Origin: Octopus sinensis
Taxonomy: Eukaryota
Assembly: GCF_006345805.1 (NCBI RefSeq)
Contig: NC_043009.1
Location: forward strand, 63,984,001 to 64,048,000
DNA length: 64,000 bases
Reading direction: 5' to 3'
Positions 1 to 10,939 of the stretch are shown one piece after another. The notes under the pieces were generated by a model, which had not been told where the DNA came from, did not search any database, and was given only the letters and a program-made list of their open reading frames with translations. Every line of letters begins with the position of its first letter. Position 1 is the first letter of the stretch. The position numbers were made by a program, and so were the translations under genes.

Positions 1-675
1 CTCAGTCATACAGGAGAGAAACCTTATAGGTGTGATATCTGTGGTAAATCATACTTTGTAAATAATGCTTTGACTGTACACAAACGTATTCATACTGGAG
101 AAAAACGATTTATTTGTGATATTTGTGGTAAAGCATTTGTTGGAAGTAATGATTTAAAGGGACATAAACGAATTCATACAGGAGAAAAACCATATCACTG
201 TGATATCTGTGGTAAATCATTCCCTCGAAGTCATAGTTTGCGTAGTCACATACGTATTCATACTGGAGAAAAACCATATCATTGTGATATCTGCGGTAAA
301 TCATTCACTCAAAGTACTGCTGTAACTGTACACAAACGTGTTCATACCGGAGAAAAGCCTCGTATTCGTGGTAAAGCATTTTCACAAAGACCTGCTGTGA
401 CTGTACACAAGCCTATTCATACAAAAGAAAAGCCATATCACTGTGATGTCTGTGGTAAATCATTCACTCGAAATGATTCTTTGACTGATCACAAACGTAT
501 TCATACTGGAGAAAGGCCATATCAGTGTGATATCTGTGGTAAATCATTCTCTTACAGAAATGTATTAACTCAGCACAAACGTGTTCATATGCGAGAAAAG
601 CCATATTGTAATAGCTGTGGTAATTTATTCTCTCAACAGGATGATTTAGCTAAACATGTCTGTATTCTTCCATGA
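1..675 (+). CDS. C2H2 zinc-finger gene g1 (5'-partial; C-terminal fingers only)
   Basis: Frame open from base 1 ([14 protein letters not shown]...) to TGA 673-675; tandem CxxC-x12-HxxxH with TGEKP linkers; ends [14 protein letters not shown] like g3. Confidence 0.92.
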   Translation, partial: LSHTGEKPYRCDICGKSYFVNNALTVHKRIHTGEKRFICDICGKAFVGSNDLKGHKRIHTGEKPYHCDICGKSFPRSHSLRSHIRIHTGEKPYHCDICGKSFTQSTAVTVHKRVHTGEKPRIRGKAFSQRPAVTVHKPIHTKEKPYHCDVCGKSFTRNDSLTDHKRIHTGERPYQCDICGKSFSYRNVLTQHKRVHMREKPYCNSCGNLFSQQDDLAKHVCILP

Positions 676-1189
676 GAGAAAGACTGAAAAATCTCTTAAC
701 AGTATACATTCATATCCATGCATGATACTAAATAAGAAGGAACAAACCAATCATAAAATATAGTATTTCATTATACTAAAATAGTATAGAAGTATATAAC
801 GTACTTATTATATATCTGGATTGTAGGTACACTTTTTCTGTAAGTTATGTATATTCTTTCAGGTATATTATGTTGATTCTTGTTTTATAATTATTGTATT
901 TTATCTAGAAGCTAATTCTGTTGTTGGTAACGTCCATAATTTAAACTTTGACATGGTTCCTTCATGAGTTATGGGGAAATTTAATGTTAATTTGTAATAT
1001 TAAACTTTACATAAAAACAAAATTGGTGGAGTAATTTTTTGAATTATCACCATCAATGTTTTTTCTATGTCCATTGTCAATGCTGGAATGTGTTGGACCA
1101 CATCATCATCATTGAATGATGATGATAATAATTGTCATCTCAAGCATTTGCAATAGTCTCTTTGTATTTTTATAATAATCTAAACTCTA

Positions 1190-1195
1190 AATAAA
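1190..1195 (+). terminator. putative poly(A) signal of g1
   Basis: AATAAA inside block ctctaAATAAAactggtttactc that recurs behind g2, g3, g4, g7, followed by T-rich sequence. Confidence 0.6.
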
Positions 1196-1498
1196 ACTGG
1201 TTTACTCTGAAATTATTCTTTCTTTATGTTTTAATAACCAAATCTTGTTTGCACATTTTCTAAACTGATTTTCACTGATTGTTTGCTTTAAAGCTATTTA
1301 ATTCGTTGACACTATTTGTTAGAAGATCTCATCTGATGTTATGAGGAAGTGAATGAGATATAAATAACAGGATGATATTGTAGATGAAATGGTGATGATG
1401 GTGGCTTTGTTGTGGAGATGTGATATAGGAAGTTGGTTGACGAGAGCCAAGTGAGAGGTTGTCTAAAGACAAGATATTCCCCATTCTCAGATAATATT

Positions 1499-1722
1499 GG
1501 TTTCAAATTTTGGCAGAGGGCCAGCAACTTCAAGGGAGTTGGGGGTAAGTCAATTACATTGATGCCAGAGTTCAACTGGTACTCATTTTATTGCCATGAA
1601 ATGATGAAAGCAAAGTTGACTTCAGTGCAATTTGAACCCAGAACGTAAAGGCAGATGAAATGTTGCTGATCATTTTGCTTGGTGTGCTAATCATTCTGTT
1701 AGATCCCCCACCTTCAAATATC
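1499..1722 (-). mobile_element. degenerate tRNA-SINE (family C)
   Basis: Similar to family C core; 13-bp TSD ctcagataatatt at 1486-1498 and 1723-1735; paralogous sites near 47790 and 57025 are empty. Confidence 0.7.
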
Positions 1723-2199
1723 CTCAGATAATATTAAAATGTGATATTATCATCATTTTACATTTATTTAAAATATTGTAGTATAGAAACTTACATGTAT
1801 GATTGCTAATTGCATCAAGAACAAACAACATGATAATACAAAACCTCTCTATGAGTCATTGCAATATTCATAGTTTCTGTAGCTGGATGGCCTTCCTAAA
1901 GCCTACCACTTTACAGAATGGTCTTCTTTAGGAAGGGTGCTTTCTTCTTGTCAGTAGCACTGTTCAGGTGGCTGGATAACTTGAGACACAGAAAAAGAAC
2001 AGGGAAGAGGGGAAAAGGCTCCCACAACTAAATGGGGAGCATTTGAAAGGGAGTGGGGAAGGGATATTGTATGTTCTAACTTTGCTCTCATGTGATTACA
2101 GCAACCGAGTTGTACCATAAATGGTGGAGTGATGGGTTTAGAGAATGAGAATTGAAGGGAATTTGATTTTAGGTTACATATTTGCTGCAATGTAAAGGT

Positions 2200-2445
2200 G
2201 AAACATACAAGATTTATTCCTTTCTAGTCATTGCATGTCCTCTTCTGTCAAAGTCATTGTCTCACTATCATACACAAACAATCATCCTTCAATCAGAAAG
2301 AGGGATCTGTTGTTGCTGAAGGAGGTAAAAGCTCTGAACTTTTTCCATCCTATTTTTATTGTAGCATCTACACTTTCAGGACATCCTCCTCCACTGCTAA
2401 ATAATTTTCCACATTTAATAACTTTTCATAGTAGCACTTTCACAC
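2200..2445 (-). mobile_element. RTE-like LINE ORF2 C-terminal relic
   Basis: Minus strand reads GGGCPESV..KKFR-like; paralogous to the relic at 19860-20290. Confidence 0.55.
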
Positions 2446-3179
2446 TTTTCAGAGTCACTTTGTGCACACAGGCCATTTTCCACTCGCACACATTTTTATC
2501 CTCAACATCTTGATCTCCCTTGTACACTGTCTAGCAATCTGGAACTCTTCAAGTCTCTGACCCTCTGAGCATCTCTAGATCCTCACACTGCAATCTTCTT
2601 AATTTCTGCTTTTGCTCTTACTGAGTGAACCTGTTACCAAGCTTGCTTTTTAAGTCTCTCCATCTTTCCCGTTTTTCCAAACCTGTCTCCTCGTGTTATG
2701 GCCCTGTCTACCTCACTATTCCACCCTGATGTCTGGTCTGGCTGAAGCTCTTCTCCAGTCTCAGATTTGGTCTGTCACCCTCAGAATGTTGTAATGATGA
2801 TAAACCTTCTTGCTACTGGTGCAAGGGCCTGATATTCTGGGGAAGGGGTTTAGTTGAATACATCAATCCCAGTACTTGACTGATACTTAATTTATAGACA
2901 CTGAAAGGATGAAAGGTAAAGTCAACCTAGGTTGTATTTAAACCCAGATGTGCTGGTGGCCCTTATAAAAAACACCTGTACTGGTGACATGTGAAAGGCA
3001 CCTGGTACACTCTGGAGTGGTTGGCATTAGGAAGAGCACCCAGCCACAGAAACCAGACTGGAGCCTAGTGTAGCTCTCTGGTTTCCTCGTCTCATGGCAA
3101 ACTGTCTAACCTATGTCAGCATGGAAAACAGGCATTAAATGATGTCTGATGATATGTGTGTATATATATATATGCATGG

Positions 3180-3600
3180 AAATGATAGATAAAGCAATTA
3201 AGGTTATGAAGACAAGGAAAGGTCCTCATCCATCAGAAATTACTGTTGATGTGTTTAAAATGTCTGGTGGAGTGGAGCATAGCCTAGTCACCAATATATT
3301 AATCAAGTTGTCTAGAAAGGTGTCACACCCAATGACTAGAGAGGCAGCATTATAGTCAACTGTTAAATAGATGAAGAAGATGCCTTTGCAAGAGTAATTA
3401 CAAAGGTGATAGAAGTTGCAAAACAGATCATTGCTGAAGTAATTAGGAAGAGAGTTTAGATGAGTCACAGTTTGGTTTTGTGCAAGGGAGAAGCACTAGT
3501 GATGCTATGTACCTAGAGAGGTAGCTGTAGAAGTAATTAACCAAAAATAAACCTCTGTACTTGACTTTTGTTGATATGAAGAAAGTCTTTGACAGGACCC
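3180..3600 (+). mobile_element. RTE-like LINE reverse-transcriptase relic
   Basis: AIKVMKTRKGPHPSEIT, QFGF and FVDMKKVFDR remnants; same insertion as 10940 and 21255. Confidence 0.75.
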
Positions 3601-3630
3601 CGATTCCACTCCCTTATACATACATACATA

Positions 3631-4250
3631 CAGGGTGTCCAGAATCTATCAGAACAAAAGAAATGAATGGGAAAGTTTCATTAAGAAACTCTGGAACACT
3701 CAACTAACAATGGGGGCAATGCAACAGTAACTGTTGGTTGCAATTGGTGCCAATGTAGCACAACAAATTCTTGTAAAAAATCAAGGTAAGTGTTGGAAAT
3801 AATTGTTTCTTTTGCAATGAAGAATGGGCCAATTTCTCAATGTAACATGAGGCTGCACCAGACATTGACTTTTGGACTGCTTCTCTCCAGTTCTATTTGT
3901 GTGGGTTTTCTGAACCCCAGATCCTGTTGTTGGTGTCTAACATGTCCACCACAAATGGTTTCATTTGGGCTGAAGTACTTGCAAAAGTTGCATTTTATAA
4001 GCATAGAACCTCTGTTTCCTGTGCAAAACTTTATGTATTGTTGACTATGGTAGACTTAACTGGTCTTTGTAGTACTATGTTGAATTGGTGCATGAATTTG
4101 CTCAAAGTATTCCATAGATGTTTTTGGTCATACGGGCCTTGTTTTCTGTAGGAGCAGCCAAGTACAGTAAGACATCTATTACTATCCCTCTATTATACTC
4201 TAAGCTCTCACCTTGCACAAAGCTTCTTCTTTTGGCCCTGTTCCCTCACC
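3631..4250 (-). mobile_element. Tc1/mariner-superfamily transposase relic
   Basis: TA|CAGGGTGTCC terminus at 3631; minus strand reads AYKMQLLQ..RIWGSENPH..SPKVNVWC..IGPFF with frameshifts. Confidence 0.7.
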
Positions 4251-5188
4251 CAGCTGAGAGGTCTTTGTTTTGCAAAATACTTGGTAACTCCACAGGTGTT
4301 GGTGCCACATAAGAAGCATGCAGTACACTTTGTAAAGTGGTTGACGTTAGGAAGGGCATCCAGCTATAGAAACCCTGGCAGTGTCTGATGCAGTTCTCTG
4401 GCTTGCTAGCTCCTCTCAAATTGTCCAACTTATGTTAAAAAAGAAGACGGCTGTTAAATGATGAGGATGTCTTGATTCTGTAAACTTTTCATGCCAGGCT
4501 CTGATGCTTACATGAGTTGGTCGTTGTTTTCCATTCTTCACCCATTAATTCCACTGAACTTGAGTGTCTGATTTGGTCTCTATGAACCAGATTAAAAATT
4601 GCACCTTCTCTTGTGGTGGTATGACTTCCATTACAAGTCAGAGATGATAATACATAATAATAACCATGTCCAAAACATCCTATCACTGTTGACTACAGAA
4701 GGATACAGGTGACCCAGCGGTGAAGCACGTATTTTGAAAGTCAATAATCAGTTCTTGAGAAGACATCAAAATATGAAATTGGTCGTTTGTCCAGACAACA
4801 AAATGTTGTTGAATTAACGGCAATCAGAAAACAGCATTCATACAACTATGGTATTTCTACCTCGCCTCACAACCACAATGAAACTCATTGGATATTTTCG
4901 ATTTGCAGCCAAGTACCGAATCTAACTCACTTGATGCTTATTAAGAAATTAACTCGTGTCTCGCAACACCCTGTGGCCTTGAACACTTATCACTGATGTG
5001 TCTACTACTTCATGTGTGATCAAGGAATAAATTGCTGTTGATTAACAAAAAGGAAAAAAACGTTGCCTTCTGATATCTATTGCTACCCTCATGTAAAACA
5101 TACATTTATACATTTCACACATGCACACATCTAAATATACTTTCTAAAGTGGTAATCCTAAGTTAATTTTCCTCTTTGTTATTGTGTT

Positions 5189-5386
5189 ACTCTTTTACTT
5201 GTTTCAGTCATTTGACTGCGGCCATGCTGGAGCACCGCCTTTAATCGAGCAAATCGAACCCGGGGACTTATTCTTTGTAAGCCCAGTACTTATTCTATCG
5301 GTCTCTTTTTGCCGAACCGCTAGGTTACGGGGACGTAAACACATCAGCATCGGTTGTCAAGCAATGCTAGGGGGACAAACACAGTC

Positions 5387-5439
<53 letters not shown>

Positions 5440-5598
5440 TACGACAGGCTTCTTTCAGTTTCCGTCTACCAAATCCACTCACAAGGCATTGGTCGGCCCG
5501 GGACTATAGCAGAAGACACTTGCCCAAGATGCCACGCAGTGGGACTGAACCCGGAACCATGTGGTTGGCTAGCAAGCTACTTACCACACAGCCACTCC
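5189..5598 (-). mobile_element. tRNA-derived SINE family A with internal (CA)/(TA) microsatellite
   Basis: Minus-strand head GGAGTGGCTGTGTGG (A box)...GGTTCAGTCCC (B box), then CTTGGGCAAGTGTCTT; several near-identical copies in window. Confidence 0.9.
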
Positions 5599-5900
5599 CG
5601 TTATATATTATAAATATATTGTATATATTAATAACAAACACATACACAGCATTGTGGCATTGTATAGCGTGGAATACATTAATGAACTTAGTATTCCAAT
5701 CAAGATTGAAGGGTATAACTTGAGGGAAATTTGACAGTTATTTCTGGCAGATCGTACAAATACGTAGACGTTCTATAGCTCCTACGTCGTTGTTTAGTCG
5801 AAGAAAAACCTAGCCTGAGCAGTCAAATGCTGATCAATCCATAGTTATTAAAAGAATAACTACGAAACGATGTGTAAGAATAAATATCCATGTTATTATA

Positions 5901-5995
5901 TTTCCGCCTGGCATCGACCAAAATCATTTCCGGAGAAGAACTTTCTCTCGTCTTAATCGAATTTATCCAAGAAAATATAAAGGTAAAACGGAAAA
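5901..5995 (+). promoter_or_regulatory. putative non-coding exon 1 / promoter of g2; donor GTGAGT at 5996, acceptor AG at 8798-8799
   Basis: CpG-containing block ttccgcctggcatcgacc..ttccggagaagaac..aa|gtgagtattt repeated once upstream of each of g2-g8 in gene orientation. Confidence 0.7.
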
Positions 5996-6302
5996 GTGAG
6001 TATTTATAGTGTTTAAATCGATAGAAAGATATTTTCAAGACGGATCTTCGGAATATGACTGTCTTTTCTCCTTGTAGAATGAAAAGAGCAAAGAATTTGG
6101 ATTGTTTTTTTCTTAATCATTTAAAATTTCTCTCAGAATCGTAATTTCTTTTATATTAAAAACAGGAAAAACTACAAAAAGTTTTTCAGTGGCTTTCGAA
6201 ATAGTTGTCACTAATGAAGTAGAATTTCTCAGAGCTTTTTTTTTCATTATATCCCCTACCAGATTTGTTCAAGTGCCTTTTCTATTTTCCTAGCTGCTAT
6301 CC

Positions 6303-6704
6303 TCTTTTACTTGTTTCAGTCATTTGACTGCGGCCATGCTGGAGCACCGCCTTTAATCGAGAAACCCGACCCCGGGACTTATTCTTTTGTAAGCCCGGTA
6401 CTTATTATATCGGTCTCTTTTTGCCGAACCGCTAAGTTACAGCGACATAAACACACCAGCATCAGTTGTCAAGCGATGTTGGGGGGACAAACACAGACAC
6501 ACAAACACACACACGCTTAAATATATATATATATATATATATACGACGGGCTTCTTTCAGTTTCCGTCTACCAAATCCACTCACAAGGCTTTGGTCGGCC
6601 CGAGGCTATAGTAGAAGACACTTGCCCAAGATGCCACGCAGTGGGACTGAACCCAGATCCATGTGGTTCGTAAGCAAGCTACTTACCACACAGCCACTCC
6701 TGCG
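6303..6704 (-). mobile_element. SINE family A
   Basis: Near-identical to 5189-5598. Confidence 0.9.
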
Positions 6705-7059
6705 CCGAGTATGTTCAGTAAATTATTGTTTTCTCATTTTTCTTTTCTTTTAAAACTTCTTTGGTGGGGAACACCTTTCACTTCGTTCCCGCCCCCTTTT
6801 AATCATTCCCTTGAATTTATTCAATTCATCCAGCCTCGTGTCTTCGCTTTTTTCTTTTGTCTCCTTACTTCATCAGTTTTCTTCAAACATTTTTACCATT
6901 TCTTCCTCAGACGACACAAAATCTGAAGAAGAATAATTCAAATTTTCACAACTCATCACACGACGCCCCTCCATTAAACAAGTGGGAAAATATCAAACCG
7001 GTTGGGCAGCCAAAAAACACGTCAGTAGTTGAACCAACCAAAACAATAAACCGGAGGCA

Positions 7060-8610
7060 AGCTTCTTTATTTCAATATTTTGCCATAAAGTCATAACATA
7101 GGGGGACACTACAAAACATAGAGGGGACATATAACAATTAAAAATATGTAGAAATAAAATATGATACTGTGAGTAACATGAAAATGAATATGGAGCCAGG
7201 TGCGGCCCCCTGGCTTCCCAGATCCCGGTCGAACCGTCCAACCCATGCTAGCATGGAAAACGGACGTTAAACGATGATGATGATGAAATTAAGGTTATGA
7301 TAACATGCATGATATGTGAAAATGAAAATATGATGAGTGTGCTACTCATCCCACGCTGAGTAACACCACTCGCTACCTCTGAGTCCGAATTCTTCTTTAG
7401 TCCCTGGTCTAGTCCCTCTATTTCCGCGCTCGCTATCACTCAATGACAACATTCTTTCGTAACCTTTTTCACCGGGGGAAGGGTCTTCTAAATTCTGTGG
7501 TGTCTGCTCTTTTTCTTTCACTTTTTTTCCTGTGGGGGAAAGGGAGTGGGTGGGTCTGAGTGGTCTTGGGTGGGATGGAGTTGGACTGGGGTACCACATC
7601 ACACTCAGTGTTCTTTCTTTTCTTCCTCTTCTTCCTTCTACTCTCTGTTACTATCCATTCTTCCTCCTTTCCTCCGTCTTTCATTTCATCCTCTTTTTTT
7701 CTCCTCCGTCTCTGCAACTGGTTGTTTCATCTATTGTTTTCTTCTGTAGAGGGCAGTGTGCTCTAACGTGGCCTTTTTGGCCACATTTAAAGCATCACGG
7801 AATTCTGCCCTCTAGCCATACTCTCAATATTATTTCTCCCAATGTCACTTTCCGCCAAATTTTCCAGCTGCTTCAACTACGTTTGTATAATTTCCAATAT
7901 TTTTCCTTTATATCCTCCTACCTCCGTCTCTGTGGCTTGGAGGACAGCCACCTCCACCTCACTTCCAATGAGGACGGCTGCTGCAACCCAAGCCACTTCT
8001 ATATCGGGTGGAATTCCTTCTACCCTCACCTTAGAAGTCTTTCTTCCAAGGTACATGAGTAGGAGTACTAATTCCTCCGTTTTTTACAGTTGTACTCACC
8101 AGCCTCTTTGCCTCCTCCACTGTCCTAAACTGGACAACCACCGTCCCATATCCATTTCCTTTCGCTATATATGTCACTTCCTTCGAAAGCCCCTTCAGAG
8201 CTTTTTCTACTTTTTCCATCTCCATCCGCTCCACCTTCCTACTCTCCACAGAGAGCACCTTGTAGGTAATGGTCTTCTTTTCCATATTTACCATAACCCT
8301 TTTCGGGGGTAATAACTTTACATCACTGCCCACCTTCTGTGTCATCTTACACAGCTACTTGAGTCCGGTTAGGTCCACTTCCCTTTTCTTTACCCCTGCA
8401 GCCTCAGCAAAACTCTTTGCTCTTTCCAAATGTTTGTCAATTCTGTTTACCGCCTTAACGAGCTCATCCTCTGCTGAGAATAGTTCATATTCGCTAAGGT
8501 CCAAATACATTCCTTTCCACTGGTATGACACTCACCGACAAACCACTGCCAAGCAGCTCAAAATATTCCATCTGTCTTGTCAAAAATCAGCACAGCGAAT
8601 AATAAACTGA
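7060..8610 (-). mobile_element. non-LTR retroelement relic carrying a gag-like ORF1 (L1/Tx1-like), antisense in g2 intron
   Basis: Frameshifted purine-rich ORF: KSFAEAAG, GYGTVVVQF, YLGRKTSKVRVEGIPPDI, CCHC knuckle CFKCGQKGHVRAHC at about 7753-7794, WIVTESRRKKRK; no ORF2 seen. Confidence 0.7.
7195..7285 (+). mobile_element. RTE-tail repeat (family B), 3' fragment
   Basis: ccatgctagcatggaaaacggacgttaaac(gat)n tail. Confidence 0.85.
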
Positions 8611-9164
8611 GTAAGGTAATGCTGTCCCTTTACTGGTCATGTTCACAGAAGACTGGAAACAAATTATAGAGATACACTGGAGGAATTTAGTTGTTCTGAT
8701 CAAGGTTTCATTTCTACAATTTATAAGTATAGTAATGAAATTACATTTATGCTGTTTATTTATCCTTGAAATCTTATACTCTTTTCCTTATTATTTCAGA
8801 ATCAGAGATGAAGCTGGCATAAACATTTTTGTTTTTTATACACCAGAAGCTTCATCAATATTTATCATCTTTTAAGGACAAATGATGTTACACTGAACAA
8901 ATATAACTATTTTCACATAAATTTAATGAATTACGTTGAATGATTTGTGTAGGCCGTTTGCTTGAATGAGTACAATGCAATTCTGCATTTTAAATATATT
9001 CAGATAAATTTATAAAGAACTTTGCATCCAGATGATGGAAACAGCAGAAGGAATGTTTGTTAGAAATATATTATAGAAAGGAAAGCAGCAGACTATATAT
9101 TGTGGTGAAAGAAGGAAAATTATCAGTGAATGAGTTAAACAACTGTACTTTTGGTACTGAAAAG

Positions 9165-9782
9165 ATGGCAAAAAGCTTAGCAAAGTCTTCATATCAATGT
9201 AATATCTGTAACAAGTCATTAAGTTCAAGAAGTAATTTAGCTGATCACATACGTATTCATACAAGAGAGAAACCATTTCGCTGTAATTTTTGTGGTAAAA
9301 AGTTCGCTAGAAAGGGTGAAATACCTGTTCATGTACGTATTCATACAGGTGAGAAACCATATCAGTGTAATATCTGTGGTCAATCATTCACTCGTAAAGA
9401 TATTTTAACCACACACGGACGTGTTCATACAGGAGAGAAGCCATATCACTGTGATATCTGTGGTAAAAGGTTCACTAGAACTGGTGATTTAACTGTTCAT
9501 GTACGTGTTCATACAGGTGAGAAACCATATAAGTGTAATTTGTGCAGTAAGTCATTCGCTAAAAGTACCAATTTGACCGATCATAAACGCATTCATACTG
9601 GAGAAAAACCATACCAATGTGATTTCTGTAGTAAATCGTTTAATCAAAATAACCAGTTAATTAAGCACAGACGTATTCACACAGGGGAAAAGCCATATCA
9701 CTGTAATATCTGTGACAAATCATTTGCTCGAAATGATGAGTTAACTACACACAAACACATTCATACAGGAGAGAAACCTTAG
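9165..9782 (+). CDS. C2H2 zinc-finger gene g2, 7 fingers, prematurely terminated
   Basis: ATG GCA AAA start shared by all paralogs; TAG at 9780-9782 replaces the TAT (Tyr) of the next finger. Confidence 0.8.
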   Translation: MAKSLAKSSYQCNICNKSLSSRSNLADHIRIHTREKPFRCNFCGKKFARKGEIPVHVRIHTGEKPYQCNICGQSFTRKDILTTHGRVHTGEKPYHCDICGKRFTRTGDLTVHVRVHTGEKPYKCNLCSKSFAKSTNLTDHKRIHTGEKPYQCDFCSKSFNQNNQLIKHRRIHTGEKPYHCNICDKSFARNDELTTHKHIHTGEKP

Positions 9783-9977
9783 AGGTGTGATATCTGTGGC
9801 AAATCATTCCCTCAAAATAGTGCCTTGACTGTACTCAAACGTATTCATACAGGAGAAAGCCGATATATTTGTGATATCTGTTGTAAATCATTCCTCCAAA
9901 ACAATCTTTTGCGTCATCACAAACATATTCATACTGGAGAAAAACTATATCATTGCGATATCTGTGATAAATATTAA
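9783..9977 (+). pseudogene. decayed finger tail of g2
   Basis: In-frame [22 protein letters not shown] (His lost), [30 protein letters not shown] then a jump into 3' UTR sequence. Confidence 0.85.
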
Positions 9978-10201
9978 ACTTTACATAAAAACAAAATTGG
10001 TGGAGTAATTTTTTGAATTATCACCATCAATGTTTTTTCTATGTCCATTGTCCATGCTGGAATGTGTTGAACCACATCATCATCATCATCATTGAATGAT
10101 GATAATGATTGTCATCTCAAGCATTTTGTCATTTCAAGTGTAAATTCCAAGAGTTCTGACTGCAACAGTCTCTTTGTATTTTTATAATAATCTAAACTCT
10201 A

Positions 10202-10207
10202 AATAAA
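10202..10207 (+). terminator. putative poly(A) signal of g2
   Basis: AATAAA in the conserved 3' block. Confidence 0.6.
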
Positions 10208-10939
10208 ACTGGTTTACTATGAAATTATTCTTTCTTTATGTTTTAATAACCAAATCTTGTTTGCACATTTTCTAAACTGATTTTCACCAACTGTTCACTT
10301 TAAAGCTATTTAATTCGTTGACACTTATCCTCAACATCTTGATACTCTCTTGTACACTGTCTAGCAATCTGGAACTCTTCAAGTCTCTGACCCTCAGAGC
10401 ATCTCTAGATCCTCACACTGCAATCTTCTTAATTTCTGCTTTTGCTCTTACTGAGTGAACCTGTTACCAAGCTTGCTTTTTAAGTCTCTCCATCTTTCCC
10501 GTCTTTCCAAACCTGTCTACCTCACTGTTCCACCCTGATGTCTGGTCTGGCTGAAGCTCTTCTCCAGTCTCAGATTTGGTCGTCACCCTGAAATTTTGGG
10601 GAAGGGTTTTAGTTGAATGCATCAGTCCCAGTACTTGACTGAAGCTTAATTTATAGACACTGAAAGCATGAAAGGTAAAGTCAATCTAGGTTGTATTTAA
10701 ACTCTGATGTGCTGGTGGCCCTTATAAAAAACACCTGTACTGGTGACATGTGAAAGGCACCTGGTACACTCTGGAGTGGTTGGCATCAGGAAGAGCACCC
10801 AACCACAGAAACCAGACTGGAGCCTGGTGTAGCTCTCTGGTTTCCCTTCTCATGGCAAACTGTCTTACCTATGTCAGCATGGAAAACGGATGTTAAATGA
10901 TGATGTGTGTATATTTGTGTGTGTGTCTGTGGATATAAG

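Noticed and set aside
1335-1500. C/D-box snoRNA in the conserved downstream block
   Set aside because: GTGATGA is not conserved in all copies and no matching CTGA with terminal stem was found
5184-5723. Recurring ORFs such as FQSFDCGHAGA, LQLDALPNANHS, FNRPRKDERQS
   Set aside because: Translations of SINE families A, B and C, not genes
7532-8610. Long plus-strand ORFs (176, 156, 113 aa)
   Set aside because: Pyrimidine-rich antisense of the gag-like ORF1 relic
9057-9164. Longer N-termini given in the ORF track for g2, g3, g7 (TTG/GTG starts)
   Set aside because: Non-ATG starts; the shared ATG GCA AA(A/G) is the likely initiator (the region is discussed as a vestige in findings)
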